A stretch of DNA of 63,347 bases, the filler included, from Thraustochytrium aureum (Eukaryota), in NCBI GenBank assembly GCA_012862495.1. It is 4 parts of one record of this genome, joined end to end, with 100 filler letters (N's around TTAATTAATTAA, not from the genome) between each part and the next. Parts side by side here need not be neighbours in the genome. Positions count along the whole stretch, not along the records: positions 1 to 21,441 come from BLSG01000172.1; 3 more parts are not named here. One strand, given 5' to 3'. Below, in pieces: positions 1-12,680 of the stretch (within the stretch, counting starts at the first letter, position 1; each line of letters starts with the position of its first letter). The position numbers and the translations under genes were made by a program. Under the pieces are notes generated by a model. The model saw only the letters and a list, made by a program, of their open reading frames with translations, searched no databases and had not been told where the DNA came from.

Positions 1-1
1 A

Positions 2-1863
2 GAAGAGCTTGAGAACCAGCTGGCCGAGTGGAGCGATCGTGCTGCAGCGCTCGAGGGGAAACTCGCCGAGTCCGAGGCCGCACGAGCTGCAGAGCTGCAA
101 GAAGCAGAGGAGCGGGCAGCGCAGCTCGATCGTGCCGCCAGAGAGTCGCAGGATATGGTCAAGGCGCTGGAAAGCCAGCTCGCCGAATCAGGCGAGGCCC
201 ACGCGAAGCTCGAGGCATTCAAGGCGCGCGTGGCCGAGTTGGAAGCCGCCGTCGAAGCCGGCGCTAGCACCGCGGAGGAACTGAATGCTCTCCGCGCCCA
301 GTCCGCAGCGCTCGAGGAATCCGCGGCTCGCGCGGATGAATAGCGAAGGAGCGGTCCGAGGACCTGGCGAGCGCTCAACAAGAGTGCGCGACGCTCGCTG
401 CTCGCGCAGATGATCTCGCCAAGGTCATCGAGGGCCTCAAGGCCGAGCTCGAGGGCGCCAAGGCCTCAGACTCGGCTCGCGCGAGCAAGCTGAGCGCCAA
501 GCTGAAAAAAGCCCGGGCGGACTTCGAGGCAGAGCGCCAAGTGTTCCACGCGGAGCGCAATGCGGAATCCGCCGAGCTCCGCAGTGCAATCTCTGAACTC
601 AAGTCCAAGCTCAACGCGGCCGCTGTCGAGAAAGAGCAGGCAGCGCGCGATGCGGAGGCCCTCTGGAAGGAAAAGCTAGCCAAGGCCGAAGGCGACCTCA
701 GGGCCAAGCAAGCCGAGGCGGACAACGCATTAGAAGAGCGCGCCGCTGTCGCTGCCGCGGCCGTTGCGGCCGCGGAGCAGCGCGCGCGAGAGGCAGAGGC
801 CGCTGCGGCCGAGAGCGAGGCACGCGCAACGCAGGGCGCAATGCCTTGAAAGCAGAGTGGCAGGCTCGCGTCGAGGCTCTTGAGCAAGAGTGGAAGACTC
901 GCCTGGCCGCCGAGGTCGCCAAGGCAGCGGCGGAGGCGGAGGCCGTTGCCGAGCAGCGCATCGGTGCCCCAGGCCGCCGAGAGCGACCTCGCAAAGTACA
1001 AGAAGCGCGCCCAGGCTGCGATCAAGGTCTCGCAGGCCAAGATCAAAGCCAAGGACGACCACATCGCGGCGCTGACGACCGCGCTCGAGGCTGCTCGCAA
1101 CGCGCAGTTGCAAGCCGAGGCCGAGGCCCCCGTCGTTGCTGTGCCGCGCGAGGTACAGATCGCCCCACCCGCGGCAGCGGCCGCGCCAGCTCTGGCGGAG
1201 GAGAAGGCGGAGTCGGCCAGGCTCGCGGAGGAGCTCGAGCGCGCAGAGAAGGCCGCGCAGCAGAGCGCCGCTGCTGCAGAGGCTGCCGCGCGCCAGGCCG
1301 CGGCGCTCGAGGAGGCCAAGCGAGAGCTGGAAGAGCGCCTCGAGGTTCTCGAGGGCGACCGGTCCAGCGCCGAAGCGACCGTCGATGCGCTGCACGCCGA
1401 GCTTGCCCGTGTCCAGCAGGAGCACGAGCGCGAGTGCGCCGAGCTGCGCGGCCGCGCCGAAGCCAGCGAGGTCAGCGCCGTGCAAGTCCTCGAGTCCGCC
1501 CTTCCAGCCACCACGCTCGAGCGGCGTCGCAGCGACTCAGCCGGCGACTTCGTGCTGGACATGGCCCCGTCGCCCATGCTCAAGTCCAAGACCTCCCCGC
1601 GCCCTGGCACGCCCCCGGCGGACCGTCTCAAGCGCAAGAACGTGGCGGCCTCCGCCGGGTCGCTGGAGCCGCAGCAGCCGCAGGGCCTCGCCGGCCAGGC
1701 CGGCCGTGTCGCGAGCAAGGGCCGCCGGGGTCTGTTCGCGCCGCTGTGGCGCCACCACGAAGTGCGCTTCATGGCGCTCTACATCCTCGTGCTGCACCTC
1801 CTGCTCGTCGCGGTGTACTGGCGTTGCCCGGCCGCCGCGCTGCCCGCCGACCCGGCCGCCTGA
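2..1863 (+). CDS. Long coiled-coil tail-anchored protein (golgin-like); 5' partial, ~3 frameshifts
   Basis: Continuous E/A/K/Q-rich heptad-type sequence across successive frames (shifts at ~341, ~835, ~960). Ends in a single C-terminal TM 'VRFMALYILVLHLLLVAVYW' with the Y..LH pattern of golgin-84/CASP anchors; stop TGA at 1861-1863. Confidence 0.65.
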
Positions 1864-2071
1864 CCGCGCTCGCGCAAGCCCTGAGCTGGAGAGGTTTGGG
1901 CTCGAGGACTTGGCTGACCCCTCCCTCGCCAGAACACAAGCGCTCGAGCTCGGACGCTGTCTTGAGCTCGAGAGAGCTCCAGTTCGAGAGAGTTGGTTGG
2001 CTCTGGTCGGAGTCTCTGGCGCCACGGCCGAGTGTCTCGAAGGCGCTGGCGCGGCCGTTCTCTCGCTGGCC

Positions 2072-2962
2072 ATGCCCGTGCGGGATGCCGCGACGGGCGG
2101 CATGGCGCCGGACAACGCGCATTCTGCAACGGCGCGACGCACGGAGGTCGCGCTGACGCGGGCGCGCCGAGACGGGGACGAGGACGAGGACGAGGACGAG
2201 GTGGTGGTTGTGCGGTGCGAGAGCACCAAGGGACGCGTGGTTTTGGAGGTGCACACCGGGTGGGCGCCGCACGGGGCGCGGCGATTCCTCGAGCTCGTGC
2301 GGCTTGGGTACTACACGGATGTTGCGCTGTTCAGGGTGAACAGGTGGATCACGCAGTTTGGCGCGGTCAAGACCGACCGGGAGGGCGCGTGGCGGGAGCT
2401 CATCCCGCACGGACGGCACCACTTGCCGACCATCCCAGACGACCCGCCGACCGACTGCTTTGGGCGCTGCACGAGGCGGTCGCTCTTCGACGGCGCGGTG
2501 TCGTATGCCGGCGGGGGCAAGGACTCGAGGGCGGCGCAGATATTCGTGGTGCACCACCGCGGCAAGAGCCAGCCCCTTGGCGAAAGCCTGTGGGAAGTCC
2601 CGTTTGCCAACGTGACGGAAGGGCTCGACGTTGCGCGGTCCTGGTACAGCGGGTACGGGGACAAGGGCATCAGCCAGGCGGAGATCTTCGCGCGAGGCTC
2701 TGACTGGGTCCGCAGCAAGTTTCCGCAAGCTGACTTTATCGATTCGTGTGCGATCGTCGAACGCGCTCCTTCGCCACCGAAGGTTGACCCTGGCCTGGGC
2801 GCCGACCTGGGTGCAAGGCTTGGGGCTCCTGGCGAGGTCGTGTATTTGGACCCGGACCCGGTTGACCTGGCCCTTGGGTTCCTGTCTGGGGTTGGCCTTC
2901 TTCTCTTGCTGCTGGCGCTGATCAGGCAAGTTCGTCTCATGAACTCGAAGAAAGGCCTGTGA
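2072..2962 (+). CDS. Cyclophilin-type peptidyl-prolyl isomerase with C-terminal membrane anchor
   Basis: Motifs 'WAPHGARRFLELVRLGYY..ALFRV..WITQFG', 'VSYAGGGKDSRAAQIFV' and 'PFANVTEG'; hydrophobic tail 'LALGFLSGVGLLLLLLALI'. Start codon uncertain. Confidence 0.8.
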   Translation: MPVRDAATGGMAPDNAHSATARRTEVALTRARRDGDEDEDEDEVVVVRCESTKGRVVLEVHTGWAPHGARRFLELVRLGYYTDVALFRVNRWITQFGAVKTDREGAWRELIPHGRHHLPTIPDDPPTDCFGRCTRRSLFDGAVSYAGGGKDSRAAQIFVVHHRGKSQPLGESLWEVPFANVTEGLDVARSWYSGYGDKGISQAEIFARGSDWVRSKFPQADFIDSCAIVERAPSPPKVDPGLGADLGARLGAPGEVVYLDPDPVDLALGFLSGVGLLLLLLALIRQVRLMNSKKGL

Positions 2963-3056
2963 CTGGTAGCTGTGATTGGTCTGGTCTGCGCGTGCCGTGC
3001 TTGCGCGCGAATTTTCGAAAGTTTAAAAAAAAAAGGAGCAACACATACAAAAGCGA

Positions 3057-4178
3057 TCAAGCGACGAGCTCAACGCACAAACGGAAAAAGGCCGCGTCGC
3101 CGGACATGCACGATGGAATCTCACGAGTTGGATCAGCAAGGACCATGGCATTGTCGATCGCGTCACGCACTGCGCGCTCCGCCTGTAGCAAAGCGCCGCG
3201 GTCTGCTACAACACCGTGGAGCACCATGGACGTGTCACTCGCTACAGTCCCGTCGCACGACCAGGTCTCGGAGGTCTCACACTCGAGTGCAAGGCGCACG
3301 TGCTCAGCGCACCCGAGAAGCGCCTCGTGAACGCCAGCAAACGCCTGTTCGCGCTCTTGTGAGCTCAGCTCGGCCCATCTACGCGCCGGCGAGGTCGACG
3401 CGGAGGGCGGTTCCTGGTTGGATGCTGGCTTGCGGGCAGTCCTTGCCTCTGCGCCATCCCGGGCGAGCTGCTCAATGGCCTCGTTCAAGCTTTCGCTTTC
3501 GAGGACCGGATGACCACTCCAGCTGACGCGGCGAAAGCGGTCCAGGAGGAAAACGTGCGGCACAGTGGAAACGCCAAAGGCACGCGGTGCTGCCCCGCCC
3601 CAGGCGTCTTCGCCACACCACAGGTGCGTGCAGTCGCGGAAAAACAAATTGCTCGCTACGTAGCGAAAGTCTGCAAAGCTCTTGTCCACGGCGACGGCCA
3701 CGACGACAAGACCGCGGCGCTGAGCCAGCTCGGCGGCATTCGGTTTCGCGGCAGCCGCGTCAAGGGCCCGCTTTTGGCGGCTCGCGATAGCTTGGACTTG
3801 AAACAGCGCGCTGAGGCACGCTGTGTTTGTTGCTTCGTGAAATAGCACCAGGACAGGGCGCCCCTTCCTCTCGAGCGTGAACAACCTGCCAGGCCGGCCG
3901 CCGTCCGCGCCGAGCATGCCGCCCACGTCCGGCGCCTTCTCCCCTGCACATAGCGCGACACGGAGCTGGTCAACGACAACGTCAGCGACCACGTCGCGAG
4001 CCATCTTCTGCAGCGCTGGCATGCGGTCTGCCAGGCCGACGGGCAAGGTGCCGACGAGCGCGAGCTGGCCTCGCCTCAGGACCCCGCTCGTCGCCTCCAC
4101 CTTGGTGACAACCACGGCCTCCACGCGAACAAACTCGGCCAAGCCGCACTCCGCGACGACCTCGAGCACCCGCTTCAC
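3057..4178 (-). CDS. Thioredoxin-fold (TlpA/redoxin-like) domain protein; 5' end in gap
   Basis: 'KGRPVLVLF...', 'LVVVAVAVD' and 'FGVSTVPHVFLLDR..VSWSGHP' are typical redoxin strands and the cis-Pro loop. Confidence 0.65.
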   Translation of the reverse strand: MKRVLEVVAECGLAEFVRVEAVVVTKVEATSGVLRRGQLALVGTLPVGLADRMPALQKMARDVVADVVVDQLRVALCAGEKAPDVGGMLGADGGRPGRLFTLERKGRPVLVLFHEATNTACLSALFQVQAIASRQKRALDAAAAKPNAAELAQRRGLVVVAVAVDKSFADFRYVASNLFFRDCTHLWCGEDAWGGAAPRAFGVSTVPHVFLLDRFRRVSWSGHPVLESESLNEAIEQLARDGAEARTARKPASNQEPPSASTSPARRWAELSSQEREQAFAGVHEALLGCAEHVRLALECETSETWSCDGTVASDTSMVLHGVVADRGALLQAERAVRDAIDNAMVLADPTREIPSCMSGDAAFFRLCVELVA

Positions 4179-4533
4179 NNNNNNNNNNNNNNNNNNNNNN
4201 NNNNNNNNNNNNNNNNNNNNNNNNNNNNNNNNNNNNNNNNNNNNNNNNNNNNNNNNNNNNNNNNNNNNNNNNNNNNNNNNNNNNNNNNNNNNNNNNNNNN
4301 NNNNNNNNNNNNNNNNNNNNNNNNNNNNNNNNNNNNNNNNNNNNNNNNNNNNNNNNNNNNNNNNNNNNNNNNNNNNNNNNNNNNNNNNNNNNNNNNNNNN
4401 NNNNNNNNNNNNNNNNNNNNNNNNNNNNNNNNNNNNNNNNNNNNNNNNNNNNNNNNNNNNNNNNNNNNNNNNNNNNNNNNNNNNNNNNNNNNNNNNNNNN
4501 NNNNNNNNNNNNNNNNNNNNNNNNNNNNNNNNT

Positions 4534-5317
4534 GCGCGGGCTTGGCAAGAGCAGCAGCGTGAAGGGCCTTGGCACGGCGCGCAAGAGCCAGGCGCGGACG
4601 GCCCGGAGGCAGCTCATCGAATTCGGCGGGGCCAGGCTTTGCTTGGACGGCGCGGGCGTCTGCGACGGCAACGTGGCGGTGCTGTGGACGCGGTGCGCCT
4701 TGCCAAGGCTGACTGCGCTCGAGGTCCCTGGGGACCCCATCATGGACCGGTTCCTTGGGGCGCAAGGGCTCGCTTTGCTGTGCCAAGGCCCGCTCGCCCA
4801 TCGACTGGTCGAGCTCGACATTTGCCACAACCGAGTCTCGCGGGGCCTGTCGGCGCTGGCGACGCTTGGCGCGCTTCGCCGTCTCAATATTTCGCACAAC
4901 GAGCTGGACGGAGCTGACGCCGCCCAGCTTGCAGAGGCTGGGCTTCCTGGTGGGCTAGAGGTCCTTGATCTGGCGTTTAACCAGCTGGACAGCGCGGGAT
5001 CCGCCGCACTCTGCATCACGTTGTCGCGTAGCACAGCGCTGAGGACGCTGTCGCTGCGAGGCAATGTCGGCGTTGACGACGAGGCTGTCGAGGCGCTTGG
5101 CAGGCTCTTGCGCGAGACGGGCTGCCTGCTCGTTTTGGACCTTCGCGAGACAAACTTGTCGGGTGGCGGCGCGCTCAGGTTGCGCGAGGTCGGCCTTGCC
5201 TTTAACCAGAGCTTTGTCGGAGAAAGCCCAGGGCCGCCGGATCCGGTTGGGGCAAGGGTTCGCGAGCGGGCCGAGGTGGCCATCGCCACCTCGGTGCGGT
5301 GCCAGCTCCTCGTGTGA
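4534..5317 (+). CDS. Leucine-rich repeat (RNI-like) protein; 5' end in gap
   Basis: Repeated LxxLxLxxNxl motifs: LVELDICHNRV, LRRLNISHNEL, LEVLDLAFNQL, LRTLSLRGN, LLVLDLRETNL. Confidence 0.8.
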
Positions 5318-5541
5318 TCTCGTGGAAGCGCAGCGTCACGTTTCGCATTTACGAGCGGGCCAGCGCGCTGGAGAAAGCGCGCGTGCGTTCGGCGAGCGCA
5401 GTCGCCACCCTTTGATCCAGGGCTGGCTGGGTGAGGCAGGGATGAGCAGATGTGTTTGTAAAGAAGAGAAAAGGGAATAACAAGCTCTCGAGCAAGCGCA
5501 AGAAGGGGATGGGAGCTGGGTATCCGATTGCGTCGCCACCG

Positions 5542-5901
5542 TCAGGTCGCGCGAGTCTCCCCTGCCGGCACTTGCGCCTGCGGCCGCGGCTCACCGCGAC
5601 CGGCCTTGGTTTCGGGGTGGTCTGCGAGCCACTTGGGCGAATACACGATGGGCACCCGGTCGATGTGCGCTGCGAGGACAAAGTCGTTTCTCGTGAGTCC
5701 TCCGACCGCGTGCGTGGTCAGTTCCACTCGCATCGCCCTGTAGTTGGTCAAGTGCAGGTCTGGGTGGTGCTGCAGCGCCTCGGCGACGCCGGCCACGCCG
5801 TTGACCCAGTCCACGGCCGCCACGAACGACTTTGCGACGAACTCTCGCGCGATCGCCTTGCCATCGCAGCACACCTTCCAGCTCGGGCAGAGCTCCGCGA
5901 G
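5542..5901 (-). CDS. Pterin-4-alpha-carbinolamine dehydratase (PCD/DCoH family); 5' end in gap
   Basis: 'AEALQHHPDLHL...VELTTHAVGGLTRNDFVLAAHID' is the family signature (HHP, TH..GGL..ND). Confidence 0.92.
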   Translation of the reverse strand, partial: LAELCPSWKVCCDGKAIAREFVAKSFVAAVDWVNGVAGVAEALQHHPDLHLTNYRAMRVELTTHAVGGLTRNDFVLAAHIDRVPIVYSPKWLADHPETKAGRGEPRPQAQVPAGETRAT

Positions 5902-6595
5902 CNNNNNNNNNNNNNNNNNNNNNNNNNNNNNNNNNNNNNNNNNNNNNNNNNNNNNNNNNNNNNNNNNNNNNNNNNNNNNNNNNNNNNNNNNNNNNNNNNN
6001 NNNNNNNNNNNNNNNNNNNNNNNNNNNNNNNNNNNNNNNNNNNNNNNNNNNNNNNNNNNNNNNNNNNNNNNNNNNNNNNNNNNNNNNNNNNNNNNNNNNN
6101 NNNNNNNNNNNNNNNNNNNNNNNNNNNNNNNNNNNNNNNNNNNNNNNNNNNNNNNNNNNNNNNNNNNNNNNNNNNNNNNNNNNNNNNNNNNNNNNNNNNN
6201 NNNNNNNNNNNNNNNNNNNNNNNNNNNNNNNNNNNNNNNNNNNNNNNNNNNNNNNNNNNNNNNNNNNNNNNNNNNNNNNNNNNNNNNNNNNNNNNNNNNN
6301 NNNNNNNNNNNNNNNNNNNNNNNNNNNNNNNNNNNNNNNNNNNNNNNNNNNNNNNNNNNNNNNNNNNNNNNNNNNNNNNNNNNNNNNNNNNNNNNNNNNN
6401 NNNNNNGGGCGCGTGGCGCTGTTGCACGGGCGCCGTTCGTGATAGGGGCGGTCGGGCTTCGCGCGGCGCGGCAGGAGCCCTGCGTTCGTGGCGTTGGTTT
6501 TTTGTCGTTGTTGGTGGTGTTTTTTGTGATTTTGTGATTTTTTTCGACCGCGCCTCGTGTGATACGGATAGATACGGCTTTCGGGCGACGGGAGG

Positions 6596-8099
<1,504 letters not shown>

Positions 8100-8218
8100 G
8101 CCGCCGCATTGTGAAGCGGCTAGCTAGCTGCCGCCACGCACTCGGCTGAGCGGCCGCAGAGGCCAGGACAACAAGAAACTAAAGCATTTGCAAAACTAAT
8201 TGTGAGGCCTTTGGGCGC

Positions 8219-8340
8219 CAGCCAGCCAGCCAGCCAGCGAGCCAGCGGGTTTTCGCGACCTTCGCAAGCACGCCAGCCAGCCAGCGAGCGGGTTTTCGCG
8301 ACCTTCGCAAGCACGCCCGCCAGCCAGCGAGCGGGTTTTC
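8219..8340 (+). repeat. (GCCA)n plus ~43-bp tandem repeat (about 2.5 copies) in a convergent intergenic region
   Basis: GGGTTTTC recurs at ~8247, ~8290 and ~8333; the first two are followed by GCGACCTTCGCAAGCACGCC. Confidence 0.85.
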
Positions 8341-8366
8341 CACCTGTTTGCTCAAGAGCTAGCTAG

Positions 8367-9585
8367 CTAGAGCACGATGACCTGGTCGCGCGAGTACCCA
8401 ACGGCTCGAAGCAGGCCGCCGTCAGACCCCGCCCGGGACGCCACGTCGTCGTCCTCAGCAGGTTGCCCCACGACAACCTCGTTCGGGCGAGAGTCTTGGC
8501 CTGCCAAGTGGCGGACAAACTCGTCCGGGCCGCAAACCGCCACGACCGAGCCGGGCTCTGGCGCCGGCAGGACCTTGGCCAGCATTTCGCGCGAAATACG
8601 GCCCAGGGACTGGCTCCAGTCAGCAGGTGCGTGCCGCGTGAGCGTCCGGTGCACAACGAGTTGGCCAGGGTGTTGCTTGGCCAGCCTGTCGAGCTCGCGC
8701 AGGTAGAACAAGTCGTGCTCGGACTTGTCGCTCGCAAGCACGGTAATCTGCGAGACCGCGCCGTCGGCAGCGGGTCCGTCTCGCAAGAGGTGCCGCACCA
8801 GCTGCACGGCCGCTGTGGAGCCCCGAGCCGCCCGTTACGATGGCCACCTTGCGCCTGCCGCGGCCCTCCACCTCGTGCATAGCGCGCTCGACATGCGGGC
8901 GAGTGATGGGGCCGCAGATGCCGACGCGGTCCCCCTTGCGCGTCGTTGCGAGGAAGCGAGCAGTGTCGCCCTCGGGATATGGCGAGGTCTTGACGATGAT
9001 GTCAAAGTGGCCCTTGCGGTCCGGCGGTTGCAGCGGCAAGTACGGCCTGGCGACGCGCTTGCCGAACGGGTACGACTCGTCGACGCTCATCGAAATCCCG
9101 TGCACTTCCACATAGGCGCCGAATCGGTACGGCAGAGCAGCGCGAGGATCGTCCAGGGCGAGTCTGATCAGCCGCGTGTTGGGCCCCAGCGCTTTGTTGC
9201 GCAGAACTGTAACTTGAAATGGCTGTGGGAGCCTTGCCTTTGGCTGGGTTGGCGGCCGATCTTCGCGTGTCGTCTCCGTTGGCTTGGCTGGATTCGCCTC
9301 TGGTTCCTCCTGGGCGGCCCCTTTTCCTGGCCCGGGAGTGGCATTGGTCTCCCGCTCAGCGGTCTCAGGCGCGGCGCTGGCCTCGGAGCCCTCGGCGAGC
9401 TCAGGGTCGCGAGCAGCAGCCTCAGGTCCGCCAGCCGCCGCAGCAGGCCTGACGAACACGAGCGCGCTCGCGCCGAGAAGAGTGGCCGCTGTCCCAGCAG
9501 CGGTGCCCGCCGCGAGCCTCCGCCCCGCCCCCTCGCGAGCGGTCGCCAAACCGCGGCGCGTCCCCATTGCCGCGCCGCCAAGCAT
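8367..9585 (-). CDS. NADH-cytochrome b5 reductase-like flavoprotein, probably mitochondrial; frameshift at ~8818
   Basis: Transit peptide plus hydrophobic anchor, FAD motif 'VARPYLPL..RKGHFDIIVK', NAD motif 'IVTGGSGL(TA)', 'GRISREML' and 'VAVCGPDEF'. Confidence 0.85.
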
Positions 9586-10041
9586 TGCAGCCCGGAGGCC
9601 CCAATCCGCGACGCATTGCCAGCCTCATCCCTCCAAGCGAGCGTGCGCGCCTGCCTGCAACCGGCGCGCGCAGTCGCAGGGCCAGCAGCAGCAGCAGCAG
9701 CAGCACCAGCACCAGCACCTGCAGGATCAGTAGGAGGCCAGAGCAGTGCGATCCAGCTCGCGGGATCGCCGGCAAATTCGACTCTGGCGCGCGAGCTGCA
9801 CTGCGCGCCGCGCGAGACGGTCGTCAAGTGCGGGCAGCGCGTGGCATATCGGTGCGGAGGAGGCAGGGTTCAATTGCTCGGTGTTCTTTGTCTTTTGGTT
9901 TACGTGCAGGTATCGAGGCCGTCGCGGCGTCGAAGGTCAGGCAGGGTCTGTTTTGCAGGGTTTTGGTGTCGGTCATCATCATCATCGCCAGGTTGGCGCG
10001 TGCACGTCGGCTGGGTTGGAATGGGAGCCGCCGAGGGGGGC

Positions 10042-11570
10042 TTACTCCTCCTGGGGCAGATCGGGAACGAGGGTCTGTGCACGCGTGGCCTCGGCGACGC
10101 GCGTGATCNNNNNNNNNNNNNNNNNNNNNNNNNNNNNNNNNNNNNNNNNNNNNNNNNNNNNNNNNNNNNNNNNNNNNNNNNNNNNNNNNNNNNNNNNNNN
10201 NNNNNNNNNNNNNNNNNNNNNNNNNNNNNNNNNNNNNNNNNNNNNNNNNNNNNNNNNNNNNNNNNNNNNNNNNNNNNNNNNNNNNNNNNNNNNNNNNNNN
10301 NNNNNNNNNNNNNNNNNNNNNNNNNNNNNNNNNNNNNNNNNNNNNNNNNNNAAACCTTGTCCAGCAGGCGGCCAGTCACCTCGGCGTTCGGGAGCAGGAA
10401 GCCGTAGGCGCACTTTGGCTGAAGCGCGCGCGGCGGGTTGATGGGCACGTCGAGCATGGTGAGCGCAAACTCGAAAAAGGGGTCCACGCCCCAGACGGCC
10501 TCGTGCGTGCCCGCAGTGTAGCCACCGCCGATGCGCGAGTTGACCTCGATGAGCAGCGGCCCGCTGCTGGTGTGCCAGCACTCGACGTGAAAGCCGCCGC
10601 GAGTGAAGCCCATGGCGAGCACGCACTTGGCCGCATACGCCTTGAGCTCGTCGAGGACGTCCTGCGGGGCGAGCGATGGCGCGCTGGAGCCCACCTCCTG
10701 GAAAAAATCGCCGCGAGTGATCCAGTTGTCGATCACGTTGGTGTACTTGACCTCGCCGTCCCAGAGCAGGACCTCGACGTCAAACTCGTTGATCTTGCCG
10801 TCGCCGAAGAGCGTGGGGACCACAAACTCCTCTGCGAGCACGGGGGCCTGCTTGCCGACCTTGGACCGGTTGAGGAGCCAGTCCGAGTCCATGTCTTGGA
10901 AGAGGCGGTCCACGACGGCGTGCATCTCTTCTTCGTTGCGGGCCTTGTAGACACCGGCGGAGCCCATGCCGACCGAGGGCTTGATGATCATCGGGAACCC
11001 GACGTGCTCGGCGGCAGACCCGGCGTCGGCGGGGCTCCAGAGCGGGGTGGCCTTGATCGTGTTGAGGCCAGCGGCTTCGAGCGCGCGGCGGGTGGCGTAC
11101 TTGTCGCGGGCGATCTCGTATGAGGCGAGCGAGTTGCCGGGGAGGCCGAGCATGGTCTGCACGCCAGCCATGATGGGCTGCGTGCTCTCGTGGAACGAGA
11201 AGGCGTACTGGACGGTGATCTCGTCGGCCTTCATTTTGTCGACGATGGCTTGGGCGCCGTGCTCGCAGCCGATGTCGGCGAAGAAGGCGTGGTCAAAGCA
11301 CTGGCCGTTCTTGGCGTCGGCATAGTACTTGCCCTCTTCCTTGCCCTCCTGGAAGACGGCGTAGATGAACACGCCGTTGCTGCGCAACTTGCGCAGCTGG
11401 TGTTGCAGCACGTTGCCCATGGCCGCGTACATAAAGTCGCCGCCGATGAACAGCATCGTCTTGCCCTTGAGCGCCGCGAGCCTGGCCATTTGCGTCTCCT
11501 CGTTCGCCTCGTTGGCTGCAAGCAGCACGGCCTGGCGCTCCTCCTCGCTCATGTTGCTGGTCGCCGACAT
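10042..11570 (-). CDS. ATP-grasp ligase (carnosine-synthase / L-amino-acid-ligase-like); internal gap
   Basis: 'ARDKYATR', 'GFPMIIKPSVGMGSAGVYK', 'LAEEFV', 'GFHVEC' and 'LIEVNSRIGGG' are ATP-grasp motifs. The C-terminus after the gap is probably ...PDLPQEE* (stop 10042). Confidence 0.85.
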
Positions 11571-11603
11571 CCTCCTGCCGCCGCTTCGCGTTGCTGCCAC
11601 CTG

Positions 11604-11675
11604 TGCTGCTGCCGCCTGTGCTGCTGCTGCTGCTGCTGCTGCTGCCGCTGCTGCTGCTGCTGTTGATGATGATGT
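11604..11675 (+). repeat. (CTG)n/(GAT)n trinucleotide microsatellite upstream of the ATP-grasp gene
   Basis: Visible run tgctgctgct... followed by gatgatgat. Confidence 0.9.
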
Positions 11676-12579
11676 TGTTCTGGGGCGTTTGGGGTCTGCT
11701 GCATCTCCATGCGGCGCCCCTCAACCTCACCCAGATCTACAACGCGCAGGTTGGTCGGCTGGTCGTCCTCGATGATCAGATCAGCCAGCACGCATGCATG
11801 CTTGCATGTTGTTCGAGTAGTTTTTGTTTTTGTAAGGCACTGTTTTTTCGTTTTCTTTTTGTAAGGCACTGTTTTTCTTTTGTTTTCGGGATTCAGAATC
11901 GCCTACCCCCCCGCGGGAGCCACTGCCTGCTTTTGCTTGCTCGGTGTCCTTCCTGCGCATGCTTGCTTGACAAGCCCAAGTAAAAAAAAACTAAAATAAA
12001 TAAATAAATAAACCAAAAAAAAGGAAAACCAACTTCAAGTTGGTTGAAAATCAGCGAAGGCCGAAAAAGCATCGAAGTGAAGCGAACCCTCTCCACTTTC
12101 TCGCCCTTCTACGCACCGAGCCGTGGCAGCCCGCACCAACTCCACGACAACCGCGGGCCCGTCGCCTCGCCGCCCGTGACTCGGTCGCGGGAGTGCCGCA
12201 CTACGTGGCAGTAGCAGGTCCTAGCCATTTGGGTAGCCGGATTCGCTGGCCGTGGCTCGCCGCGGGAGAATCCGCCCNNNNNNNNNNNNNNNNNNNNNNN
12301 NNNNNNNNNNNNNNNNNNNNNNNNNNNNNNNNNNNNNNNNNNNNNNNNNNNNNNNNNNNNNNNNNNNNNNNNNNNNNNNNNNNNNNNNNNNNNNNNNNNN
12401 NNNNNNNNNNNNNNNNNNNNTGGCCTGGGATCGGTTGGTCGATCGACTGGCTCGCGAGCGAGCGAGCCTGCCTTGCTGGCGTTCTCGTCGTTCCCAAGCC
12501 AGAATCACCGTCTCCGAGGAGCGGAGCCGCCGGTGAGAGGGCCCTTCGGCGCTCTCTCAGAGGCAGTGAGAAGTCGAGA

Positions 12580-12680
12580 CGGAGAGGGAGAGGAGGAGGC
12601 TGGCCCATGAGAGGGAGAGGCACCAACGAGAGGGACTCATGAGAGAGAGAGAGGGACTCATGTGAGAGAGAGAGGGACGC
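12580..12680 (+). repeat. (GA)n-rich low-complexity tract with short GAGAGGGACTCAT duplication
   Basis: GAGAGGGACTCATG occurs twice, flanked by GA runs. Confidence 0.75.

Noticed and set aside
341..343. Stop-codon readthrough or alternative genetic code at the in-gene TAG
   Set aside because: Coding continues in a different frame (GAA T[T]A GCG), and TAA, TAG and TGA all end intact genes elsewhere.
375..1772. Long antisense and overlapping ORFs (also e.g. 29745-31775, 43960-45366, 8725-10407)
   Set aside because: These are shadow ORFs from high-GC codon usage opposite recognisable genes, and they contain no motifs.
1136..2962. 608-aa golgin-cyclophilin fusion ORF
   Set aside because: The upstream part is an off-frame reading of the golgin, which has its own stop at 1863.
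11549..11869. PolyQ ORF upstream of the ATP-grasp gene
   Set aside because: It is explained by the CAG microsatellite and is out of frame with the ligase. An N-terminal extension via an indel error cannot be fully excluded.
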